Positions 10,109-20,000 of a stretch of 64,000 bases of DNA are shown piece after piece. A program made the position numbers and the translations under genes. The DNA comes from Oikopleura dioica. Lineage: Eukaryota > Animalia > Chordata. Within the stretch, counting starts at the first letter, position 1, and every line of letters starts with the position of its first letter. The DNA is taken from the NCBI GenBank assembly GCA_907165135.1, contig OU015570.1:2005929-2069928 (forward strand), read 5' to 3'. The notes beneath the pieces were generated by a model that searched no databases, was not told where the DNA came from, and worked only from the letters and a program-made list of their open reading frames with translations.

Positions 10109-13100
10109 GAAATGGATCTTATGACTCGTCACATAAGGTCCAAGCCGCCGTCTCGTCTATCGTCAGCCGAGTTGGCCCAAAACTTCTCTCATCAGCAATA
10201 ATTTATGGTCAGCGCACTAATTTTCAGATAGACACCGGCGCTCAGGTGTCATGTCTACCCCGTTCCCTAATTCCGTCTCATCTTCAATCGCGTATCGTCC
10301 CATCTCCTGTACATCTCCAGTCCTACAATGGTACCGAAATACAAGTCTACGGCTGCATCTCAACAAGCTTCAATATCGGCGATATCGCGATGGAAAAATG
10401 CATCTTTTATGTGGTTGATGATCACTGCAGCCCAATTTTAGGGACCCCTGAACTAACAGAAAACGGACTTCTCATCGATCTTTACAAAAGTGTTCTCCGG
10501 CAGGGGAATACTGAAGAAAAACTCCAAATTTGCACGAGCCCCGCTACAGGAATCAAATCGATTTCGAAAACAAAATTCTTCTCAGCAACAGCCGTGTCAT
10601 CAGCACCGATAACCATCATGCCGAAATCATCTACTTTCATCGACATAGATCTCAAATCCTGCCCTACAAGCTATATTTGTACTGTCCCAGAAAACGCCAG
10701 CAATAAAAACCTCGAAATCTACGACCAATGCGTTCAACTTGGAAGCCTTCAAAGTAAGACAAGAATTCATATCGCAAACAAATCAGCTGTCCCAATCTTC
10801 CTAAACAAGAACGCTGTTGTTTGCCAAATCAAAGAAGTTGAAATAAGAATTCCGGAGCCGGCAATACAAGGCAAATTCAATGAAATTGTGCGCGAACTAA
10901 GTATCGGAGACGTTTCGCCGGAAATACGAAGGAAACTTGAAGAACTTATCATGGAGTATACTGATGTCTTCGCCGTCGAAGACGAGAAACTCGGAACAAC
11001 GGACGCAATGTCGTATAAGATTGATACAGGTGACGCTGCGCCGGTGGCTTCACAGAGATATAAAACGCCCTATTATCTCCGGAAAGAGCTTAGGCGGATT
11101 ATCGACGCAAACCTTGCATCCGGACTCCTGGAACCCTGTTCAAGCCCGTGGGCGGCACCTGTCCTTCTCGTCAGGAAAGCCAATGGAAAATGGCGTCTCG
11201 TCTGTGACTACCGAAAGCTCAACGCAGTCACCATCGCGAATCAGTACCCTCTGCCTGATATTGACGGGCTGATAGACCAAATGGCGGACTCGACAGTCTT
11301 CTCAACTACAGATCTCTTCACTGGTTTTCACCAAATACCATGCGACGAAGAAACTAAACAGAAGGTCGCGATAACAACCGATTTCGGGCAATTTACTTGG
11401 TCGGCCATGCCAATGGGTGGTAAGAACGCTCCAGCAGTATTCCAAATGATGATGGATAAGATCTTTCAACACATCCCAAGCAGCCAGCTCGCAATCTACC
11501 TTGACGATCTTTGCTTGCATTCGCGGACAATGGAAGATAATCTAGACGTCATCGAAAAGGTCCTCATGACTCTGAGGAAGAACAACTTGAAAATACGCGC
11601 GGCAAAAACGGAATTCCTTAAGAAAAGAATCAAATTTTGCGGCGCAATCATCGAAAATGGATTCCGGTCCCCAAATCCTGAGAAAACTAAAGCTGTACGC
11701 GAGCTTACACGACCAACAACAAAGAAAGAAGCGTCAAGTGTCTTTGGACTTCTCAACTATCACCGTGCCTTTATTCCTCACTTCGCATCGAAGGCAGCGC
11801 CAATCAACAAAGCAATGAGTAAGGGATTCAAATGGACGAAGGAAGCAGACGATGCACTTACTCTGCTCAAGAACGAAATTGGGGACTACGTTGACTCTTT
11901 GAAGATACCAGACCCAAACTCGGGCAATTTCGCGATTGAGACTGATGCCAGCGAGTCAGGCATAGGAGCAGTCCTGCTCTATCGTAAATCCGACAACGAT
12001 CGACTTCTTCCCGTGGCATACCTCTCCCAAAAATTTGATGCCGCCCAGAAAAACTACAATATCTGCGAGAAAGAATTGCTAGCTGGGAAAAAAGCGATGG
12101 AGAAATGGTCACATTACCTTCTTGGAAGACCATTCATTTGGTTTACGGACAATTCTGTCGTTAACTGGGCTCACAGAATCATGAGCAGGAAGCTTAAAAT
12201 AGCAAAATGGCTCGCGGAGATAAGTGACTTCGATTTCAAGACTGTGATGAAGCCGTCGAAAGAAATGCAAGTATCTGACTGCCTGTCAAGGGACCACGGA
12301 ACCTCCACAAGTATCTCCATTAATGTCGTCAAACAAAATGACTTTTTGTTCCTCCAGCAGTCCGACGATATCCTCAAGGAAATCCTTCATTTTCACCAGA
12401 TTGACCGCTGGCCAAATTATCCCTCAGAAGAAATAGTGAAATTCAAGCGGATACGTGACAAGATTGTGATCGGAAAAGAAGGTCTCCTCGGCATCGAAGA
12501 CAATGGCTTTAAAGTGATTCCCCCAGCCTGCCTCATACCAGACATCCTCCGGGAATATCACGAGAATGCTGGACATCCAGGCATTGGCCAGACCCTTGAC
12601 AATATAGAAGCAAAGTATTTTCGACCTGGAATGAGAGCGACAGTGACAGACCATATTAGATCATGTCTTGACTGCCAATTGATCAAACCGGTGAACAATC
12701 CACTGAACGCCCCACTTGGTCATGTCAGGGCCCCAACGAGACCCTTTCAGCGATTTTCGATCGACCTGGTTGGCCCTTTACCACTGACAGACAATTACAA
12801 ACGATACATCTGCGTCAGCACTGACCTCTTTAGCAAGCGAACTAATGCAACAGCCCTTCGAACCAAAACACCCGAAGAAGTATTAGAAGCTCTTCAACAA
12901 GAATGGCTCCGAAACCCAAACTTACCAGCAGAAATTCTCATGGACAACGGGGGCGAATTCAAAGCCACGAAGGAGTGGTGTGAAGAAAAAGGTCTGAAAG
13001 TGTCACTTTCTCCCGCCTATCATCCGCAGACGAATGGCGAGTGCGAAAATCGGAACAGAACAATAAAGTCAAGACTCAAACTGGCTTGCCAAATGGAAAA

Positions 13101-14328
13101 CTGGGACCTGCACCTCCCTTATGTGATACATCAAATGAATTCTGCGAAGCATTCTGTGACAAAAGCAACGCCATTTGAGATCGAAACCGGGTATAGGGGG
13201 CAAAATGTTAATGACAAATTTCGAATGGAGCCGGAGCGAAAAGAAGTCAGCTTTGAAAAAATCCAGAAGAAGATATTGGAAAATCATGAAAAGCGTCGGT
13301 CATCAGACGAAACGGTTCACAAATTCGAAGAGGGAGATCTTGTTCTCTGCAAAAACATGGACCCTCTTGAAAAAATCTACAAATGGACTGGGCCGATGAA
13401 GATAACGAAGGTTAAGAAACAGGGCCTCAGCTTTACCTTGGTAAATGAGACCTCTGGCAGGGAACTAAGTCGCCACATATCACATCTAAAACCCTTTGTG
13501 GAAAGACCGTCATCCCCAGACTGCCAGAACAAGCCTGCTCCAGAACCTCAGACGCCGAAAATCACGAAACGAGACACACGGAAAAGAACGTCATACTCTA
13601 TCCGAACCCGTAGTCAGACGAAACCGGACTCACTGCAACAAAAACCAAGCACCTTAATCTTAAGCCAATCAAATGTCCCGAATGTCGATGATATTGAGGA
13701 AAGAAACGCAGAATCATCAACATCAAGCACTTCCCTCGAGGACAATCATCAATCTCCAATATTGCAAAGTCCGACTAATGAGACAATCTTTTACGACGCC
13801 GAATCGCAACAAGCAACTGATGAAAATGAGTCAATTCACAGTGATTCGACAGAAATTGCAGAGTTAACGGACAATGCCTCAATCTCACAGCCACCAAGAA
13901 AACTTGTTTCTCCTGTGGTCCAAAGAATTGCGAATCTACACGAAAGAGCACTGGATAAATTTATCCGCGATTACAAATGCGGGATAAAAATTGGAGCCTG
14001 GGCCTCTCTTAAAAACTCCAAGGCAAAGAAACTAGAGAAGATTAATGAATGGATCGAAATGAATCATCCGGACTGGGAAAAAGACGACGAGGGCTTCTTT
14101 TTGATCAAGCACAATGCTCTGATGCTTGAAAGGAGGACCTACCTGAGTGCGTTCACAATCGTTGAGATGAGCGTCCTTGCAAAACACTTGGGACTGACAA
14201 TAGAAACTCAGGGAAAGTCGAAAGGCGAACTTACAGCTGAAATCACGACGAAAGCAAAGCAAAAATACCCGTTCCTCAAAACAACGGCGAATGGAAACCT
14301 TATAATCGACCCCGCTCACTTTGCGTAA
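9994..14328 (+). CDS. pol: Pol (protease, RT, RNaseH, integrase, C-terminal extension), probably expressed as Gag-Pol
   Basis: IDTGAQ, YLDD, ETDASESG, HENAGHPG..CLDC, SIDLVG, DNGGEF, HPQTNGECE. Confidence 0.97.
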   Translation: MRSQGTLKEELPWHCCLPYLQRTWPHQGYLPPTPVKKLGNGSYDSSHKVQAAVSSIVSRVGPKLLSSAIIYGQRTNFQIDTGAQVSCLPRSLIPSHLQSRIVPSPVHLQSYNGTEIQVYGCISTSFNIGDIAMEKCIFYVVDDHCSPILGTPELTENGLLIDLYKSVLRQGNTEEKLQICTSPATGIKSISKTKFFSATAVSSAPITIMPKSSTFIDIDLKSCPTSYICTVPENASNKNLEIYDQCVQLGSLQSKTRIHIANKSAVPIFLNKNAVVCQIKEVEIRIPEPAIQGKFNEIVRELSIGDVSPEIRRKLEELIMEYTDVFAVEDEKLGTTDAMSYKIDTGDAAPVASQRYKTPYYLRKELRRIIDANLASGLLEPCSSPWAAPVLLVRKANGKWRLVCDYRKLNAVTIANQYPLPDIDGLIDQMADSTVFSTTDLFTGFHQIPCDEETKQKVAITTDFGQFTWSAMPMGGKNAPAVFQMMMDKIFQHIPSSQLAIYLDDLCLHSRTMEDNLDVIEKVLMTLRKNNLKIRAAKTEFLKKRIKFCGAIIENGFRSPNPEKTKAVRELTRPTTKKEASSVFGLLNYHRAFIPHFASKAAPINKAMSKGFKWTKEADDALTLLKNEIGDYVDSLKIPDPNSGNFAIETDASESGIGAVLLYRKSDNDRLLPVAYLSQKFDAAQKNYNICEKELLAGKKAMEKWSHYLLGRPFIWFTDNSVVNWAHRIMSRKLKIAKWLAEISDFDFKTVMKPSKEMQVSDCLSRDHGTSTSISINVVKQNDFLFLQQSDDILKEILHFHQIDRWPNYPSEEIVKFKRIRDKIVIGKEGLLGIEDNGFKVIPPACLIPDILREYHENAGHPGIGQTLDNIEAKYFRPGMRATVTDHIRSCLDCQLIKPVNNPLNAPLGHVRAPTRPFQRFSIDLVGPLPLTDNYKRYICVSTDLFSKRTNATALRTKTPEEVLEALQQEWLRNPNLPAEILMDNGGEFKATKEWCEEKGLKVSLSPAYHPQTNGECENRNRTIKSRLKLACQMENWDLHLPYVIHQMNSAKHSVTKATPFEIETGYRGQNVNDKFRMEPERKEVSFEKIQKKILENHEKRRSSDETVHKFEEGDLVLCKNMDPLEKIYKWTGPMKITKVKKQGLSFTLVNETSGRELSRHISHLKPFVERPSSPDCQNKPAPEPQTPKITKRDTRKRTSYSIRTRSQTKPDSLQQKPSTLILSQSNVPNVDDIEERNAESSTSSTSLEDNHQSPILQSPTNETIFYDAESQQATDENESIHSDSTEIAELTDNASISQPPRKLVSPVVQRIANLHERALDKFIRDYKCGIKIGAWASLKNSKAKKLEKINEWIEMNHPDWEKDDEGFFLIKHNALMLERRTYLSAFTIVEMSVLAKHLGLTIETQGKSKGELTAEITTKAKQKYPFLKTTANGNLIIDPAHFA
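10099..10105 (+). promoter_or_regulatory. -1 ribosomal frameshift heptamer A AAA AAC
   Basis: In the gag frame immediately before the gag TAG; pol is in the -1 frame. Confidence 0.8.
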
Positions 14329-14551
14329 AACTTCAAACAAAAGTTCAAACCTGGCGGACACTCGACCCAAAACTCGACTTGAAAATTAGGTCAACAGCTC
14401 ACATCCCGCCTTAACCATGTCAATCAAATCTGATCAGCTGACCCGATTACGTTTCACACTTGACCTGCTGATTCCAATCATCAGCTGATGGCGCCCAAGT
14501 TTAGCTGCATATATACTCCAACGACCCGCCGACTCATCACAAAATTCGGAA

Positions 14552-16402
14552 ATGAAAAACCTTTTCTATCTCCTCACCTTTTCTCTCGCCGACTACATCT
14601 TCGACCGCAAATCAGGCGTCATCTTCAAGGAACTCGACGATATTTACGTTTTTGACTCAGAGATACCAAGAGACATCGCGATTATGGTCAACAGCCCGCG
14701 CAAAAAATTCCGAGACGGTCTTTCGCTTGACTGTGGCGACACCTCAACTGGGCTGCCTCCGAAGCCGGGCAACTTCTTCGGACTTAACAGCAGCAAAATA
14801 ACAACGGAAAGCGAGTTCTGCACAAAAGCCTTCGACACATTCGACAATATCGTCCTCAGCTACATCGGCAGCGACTTGCAATTCACCGACAAATACAATG
14901 ACACATTCAACAAGATGGTTCATCAACAGCGGGCACGACGAGTTCGAAGAAATCCAGCAGCAATCGGAGGCGTTGCGATCGTGGCGACTGGGGGTTACAC
15001 ATGGTATGTAGACTCAGCCTCTAGGGGACGAGACGAAGAAATCCGCCAGGAAGTTGAACATGAACGCCAACGAATAAGCAAGCTGGAAAACGTCGTTGAA
15101 CTGGTGAAAGACGAGCTCGACCTCGCTGTCAAGAAAATCCGCCGTTCCAATGCACCCATAATCACATGGGGAGGACTTGACATACCTGCTGACGAAAAAG
15201 CGATCAAAGAAATTCTGGAAGGAGAAGGCTCTTCGATCAATCAGTACTTTGCAGAACAATCTCGCGACGATGGAAGACTGCTCGTCAAAGCCGCCCTTAC
15301 GCTCACGAACCACCGACTTCCGCTTTTTTCGATGTTCCTTGATTCGGTTAAGGCTCAATGCATCGCCTTGCAGACTGTGGAAGCAGAAGCCGCGAAGCGA
15401 TTCTGCACGCATTTTGCTTTTCACGTTACCCGCTGGGATACCAACTTGCGATTTATGGGCCTCGGTCTCACCACCTTTAACACGATAAATGGAACGTTCG
15501 CCGAGCAGTTTCGCATCAAGGAAGTTATCGTCAATCTCCGCATCCCAATTCCTCGAATGAAACTTATTGCCAAAAGGTACCAGGTCATCAACTTAGGGTT
15601 CTTCAACGCCGACGGTACCAGATGGAGGCTGGATCTTCCTCAATTTCTTGTAAAGATGCCGTCAAACGAAATCTTGGAAATGAACCCTTCAAATTGCCTC
15701 ACCTTTACGCCTAGTTACAGCTGCGCAACATCGATTCTGGAACCAAATCAATGCGGGGAGAGTGTGCTGGTTCATAACAATACCAAGCTGTGCCAGACAA
15801 TCGAGATGGATAATCTCAAATGCGGCCTTTACGAAGACTTCGAGCGCGCATTCATCTCGATCAGACGCCCATCGACCGTGGAATTCTTCCATCATCATCC
15901 CTCCAAACAGGTTGAGGCCATCGACACCTTCTACAAAACACTCTTTGCCGGAGCTCTCGACTGTGGACCACGAATCCTGAAAATATCAGCCGGACATCAA
16001 TCAGCGAAAGCCACGTCACGAATCAATTACATCGCACCAATGCAAATACGACCAAGAAACATTGAAGACGAAGAAATTGACGCAATGGGCAAAAAGATAG
16101 ATGATTCTTTCCGACAACTTCACAAAATGGAAGACGACTTCAACCTCCGGCACAAGTCAACTCTCCAATTGATGCAAGATACCGCGAAGACCGAAGTCGA
16201 GAGCGCAAAAGACTGGATTTACGATAACTACTTTGCTCCGATTCTTGGTTTCCTTTCAACACTCTCTACACTCGTCCTCCTTATCATCGTTGCGGGATGT
16301 ATCATAAAATTTAAATGCTGCAAAGCGACTCGACAGCCTTACGTCGCCACCCAACTCTCAAGAGCCCAACACTTGTCAAGCCGATCCGAATCCTCCATCT
16401 AG
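14552..16402 (+). CDS. env: Envelope glycoprotein, class I / F-protein-like
   Basis: Signal peptide; furin site RARRVRR followed by a hydrophobic fusion peptide; heptad region; Cys-rich block; C-terminal TM (ILGFLSTLSTLVLLIIVAGCII). Confidence 0.9.
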   Translation: MKNLFYLLTFSLADYIFDRKSGVIFKELDDIYVFDSEIPRDIAIMVNSPRKKFRDGLSLDCGDTSTGLPPKPGNFFGLNSSKITTESEFCTKAFDTFDNIVLSYIGSDLQFTDKYNDTFNKMVHQQRARRVRRNPAAIGGVAIVATGGYTWYVDSASRGRDEEIRQEVEHERQRISKLENVVELVKDELDLAVKKIRRSNAPIITWGGLDIPADEKAIKEILEGEGSSINQYFAEQSRDDGRLLVKAALTLTNHRLPLFSMFLDSVKAQCIALQTVEAEAAKRFCTHFAFHVTRWDTNLRFMGLGLTTFNTINGTFAEQFRIKEVIVNLRIPIPRMKLIAKRYQVINLGFFNADGTRWRLDLPQFLVKMPSNEILEMNPSNCLTFTPSYSCATSILEPNQCGESVLVHNNTKLCQTIEMDNLKCGLYEDFERAFISIRRPSTVEFFHHHPSKQVEAIDTFYKTLFAGALDCGPRILKISAGHQSAKATSRINYIAPMQIRPRNIEDEEIDAMGKKIDDSFRQLHKMEDDFNLRHKSTLQLMQDTAKTEVESAKDWIYDNYFAPILGFLSTLSTLVLLIIVAGCIIKFKCCKATRQPYVATQLSRAQHLSSRSESSI

Positions 16403-16425
16403 AAAACCCGCCGACAAGTCACCGT

Positions 16426-16867
16426 TGACACGACTTGTTATTTTGACTTTTGTAAAATTTTAGTAATTTTTTACAAATCTCTTACTTTCGCGCCACTTAG
16501 ACAATTATAGAGATTTTTGTAAAATTTTAGTAATATTTTACATATTTCTTACTCACTCGCCACGGACTTTAGATATTCCGACTTTGTAAATTTTAAGTAA
16601 TATTTTACATATTTCTTACATATTTTGATCTGACTTGTACAAAAACCTTTATTCTGTCCTATTTTAATGTGCGCTGACCCGATTACAGTTATCGACGTGA
16701 CGAATCGACGATTGCAATCATAAACAACTGACTTATTTCCCAACTTTGAAACACCTGACTGACTCTGACTACCTTTATAAGCGATTTCTGCCCTGCAAAA
16801 AACATTCAAATTCAATAAAACCTCGATCGACTTTAAATTTTCGTTCCAGTCTTGTCAATTCTTATCA
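16426..16867 (+). repeat. 3' LTR of element C
   Basis: Direct repeat of 8552-8993. Confidence 0.97.
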
Positions 16868-17027
16868 ATTTTTAGATTCCTTGATAAAAAAGGAGCATTT
16901 TTGGTCTCTAGCTTTTTTGATTGGACCAACTTTATTGAAGAAAATTTTCGATTTTATACTTTGAAATCGCCATTTTCGGGAGTTTTGAAAATTTTCTCGC
17001 TTTAAAACTCGCTCAATTTTTATGATT

Positions 17028-20000
17028 TCATCCCAAAATGGATTCTCCACCTGAATACACTAGACTAGTTTCCGATGATGATCGCCGATATCTTTCAGAT
17101 CTAGAGAACCAGGCCGATGCTCTCGACAGCGGAAAGATGCCAAGATACCCTGGGCCTTTCGTTTTGTTAATTTTGTCCGGGATAAGCAATTCCATGAGAC
17201 GCGGATCCGTTTTATTCCACATTTCCGCAAGAATGACCGGGCTCAATTTGGCGATCCTGCTGTCTACGGGGAAAGAAAATTTTTCGAAGGACTCGGTGAT
17301 TCTGGTAAGACCAATTTCACGTTTATTTCTTCCCAAAAATCACGTTTCTTGATCCCCTTATTGATGGAGCTGCCATCCATAACAATTTTTACTTTAGAAT
17401 TAGTGCGCAAACCTCTATCAAAATCTGCCACTACCCGTAGTTAAATCTCAGACCCCTTCGCAGCATTATTTTCGCTATTTTTGACGTGATAGATTCTTGT
17501 GAATCCCGACAATACACATGAGACGATGTAAAACTTCATGGTTGATTCCTCGTAGCTTTTATGGCTGTTTCTAGTGACGATATCCGCCAAAAGAACTTCA
17601 CCGATTGCAGACGCGTCCTGATCATCGTATTCTTTCGACCCCGTTACAATCGTTCCTCTATTCCTTTGGTAAGTGCACGAAAGGCAATTCTTGACTTCGT
17701 CCGCCACAACACTTTCCAGCTTCGCGAACCATACTTCCGTCTTCACCAGATTCTTAAGTCTCGAGATTGTACCGCAGTTACCTCGGTGGAACCCTTTCGC
17801 GACCGTCGGGCCGAACGACTCGGGGATGACAACCGGCTCGCAAATTCTGGTTCCAATCATTATCTTCCGCTTCCTTAAAATTGTCGGAGTTCCGTCTTTA
17901 CAAAGGTAAGTTGACCCTCGTAAAGACTCCGCCTTGCGAGCCTTCGGGCCGGTTATCCGCCCGTCTTTCGACTTGGACTCGATGACTCTTGCTGTAGTCG
18001 GGTCACTCTCCTGAACTTACCGCACTAACGACCTCTCTTTTAAGAAGCCGCTGCCTTGGTGGGCCAGAATCCGGTCGGCCAGCTTCTCGAAGCTTCCATC
18101 CTTAGTTTTTCTAGCCGCGCGTTTCGCTGCCCCGCGGGTCACGATCGCTTCCACCGCTTCTTTCCGCTTCTTCCAGCTCGACACCTGCCGATGTCTGAGA
18201 CCTGGCAGTGCCGCTCTCAGCGCCATTTCGTCGTGGAACCCGAAAACCTCCTCAAACCTATCGAACTTCACAGAAAGGAGTGTCTCCTCGCTGGACAAGT
18301 CCAAATTTGGGCCCAGGATCTCGTTGACCGCTTCTCCACCATCGACAACATTGCACACCGCGCAATTTTCATCACAACCCTTAGTAAGTATTCTGTTCGA
18401 GAGATGAAGTCCGCTAGGTCGATTTGAGTGGACTCGCCTTTTTCGTAGACTATCTCCACGTCAAAACTCAGGAGTTTAACGATTTGATCGTTTATTCTCT
18501 TGTCCAGGCTCAGCTCTTTACCCTGCCTCGCTCTATCGAACAATTTCTTCACTGATAACGAGTCCGTAATGATAACCACCGGTCTAGATACGAAATCGAT
18601 TTCCCAGCAGAAGCATAAAGTTGCGCATAAGATCCCGTGCAGTTCTAATTGACACGAGCTCCACTGAGTTTTCAACTGCGAATCTACTCTCTTCCTCGAC
18701 CAAAGGCGGACGATCTGCGTCTTGTCGTCCTTCTTCTGGTATAGATAGCCTCCTGAACCGAGATTCGAGCTGTCCACCACCAAAAAGGTATCTAAGTCCT
18801 TTTCGATAGGGAACAGGTCGACCATCTGCGTGTTAATGGCCGTCGCAAGCTTCTCGTAGCATTTTCTTAGCTCCGGCGTCAAATTTACGTAATCGCTGAG
18901 CTTCTTCGACCCATACGCTGCCTCATTCAATTTCCACATCATCTCGGTGCGATGTGGTAGCCCGATTGACAGGTAATTGATAATCTGATGTACCGTTTTA
19001 ATTGTTTTACTGTTTTTATTGTCGTTGGGTTTTCCGCCAGCGCTTTTTTCAAAATGTGCGATGACATGCAGATTTTCCCGTCTTTAACCCGTCTACCGAG
19101 AAGAACGATGTCCTTCGATCCAATCACGCACTTTGACCCTTTCAGACGCAGGTTCCGGTAAGCAAGCGTTTTGAAGACCTTTCGAATCCTTTCTACCAGT
19201 TCCTCGAACGAATCCGCTACAATTAAAAAGTCGTCCATGTAAATCGATGTATACTCCAGATGATCGTACATTATCCTCGTAATCATTTCCCTCGCTAGCA
19301 CCGGACTGCTTACCCATTCCATTGGCAACCGACGGTAAGCCAGCTCGCCAACTTTTGGGTGAAGAATAACGAAGTGCTTTCAGAGCTCCTCTTCAATTTC
19401 GAAGCAGTGGAACATCGCCCCGATGTCGACTTGGGCAACGAATCCTTTCTTCGTGAAAGGGGCTGCCAGTTGAAGGATGCGCTGGATTGAGTCGGTCTGC
19501 CTCGCAACGTGATCGGTTTTGTCGTTTATTCCGCTGCGTGCGCAATCGCCAACTACGCGCACGTTCGACGCTGTGAGCTCAACGCAGGCCTCTCCGTTCG
19601 GTCCCTTCTTGGAAACCCCGAAGAAGCTCATGTAATTCGCCGCCGTCATGTGCTTCGGCAACACCGTCAGCACTCCTTCCGCAGCCTCATGATCCAGCTT
19701 CTCCTCGATCGCCTTCATCACGCTTTCGGGTAGGTTTTTCCCGTACCCGATCGGCGCAGACTTCGGGCTTCGATCTGAGTTACCTGCGTCTATTCTAGCG
19801 TGAACCTCGAACTCCTTGTCCGCGACATGACCAACTGTACCCTCGAAGATTGCTTCGAATTCATCCAGGACGTTGTTAACTACAGCGACTTGCTCTGCCG
19901 TCAGCGTATCCCCGGCTGGGTCCACCTTCACCTCGGCTCTCGAGTTCTTCTTCCTGTTCTCCGCGTTGATCCGTTCCAACTTTCTTGCCCAGGTGCGTGT

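Larger units (their letters stand above)
8552..16867 (+). mobile_element. Intact env-bearing Ty3/gypsy retrovirus-like element C (Tor-like)
   Basis: 442-bp TG..CA LTRs at 8552-8993 and 16426-16867, no differences seen; 5-bp TSD ATTTT at 8547-8551 and 16868-16872; uninterrupted gag, pol and env. Confidence 0.97.

Noticed and set aside
10767-15980. Short antisense or overlapping ORFs within C pol and env
   Set aside because: Shadow ORFs of long coding frames with no independent motifs.
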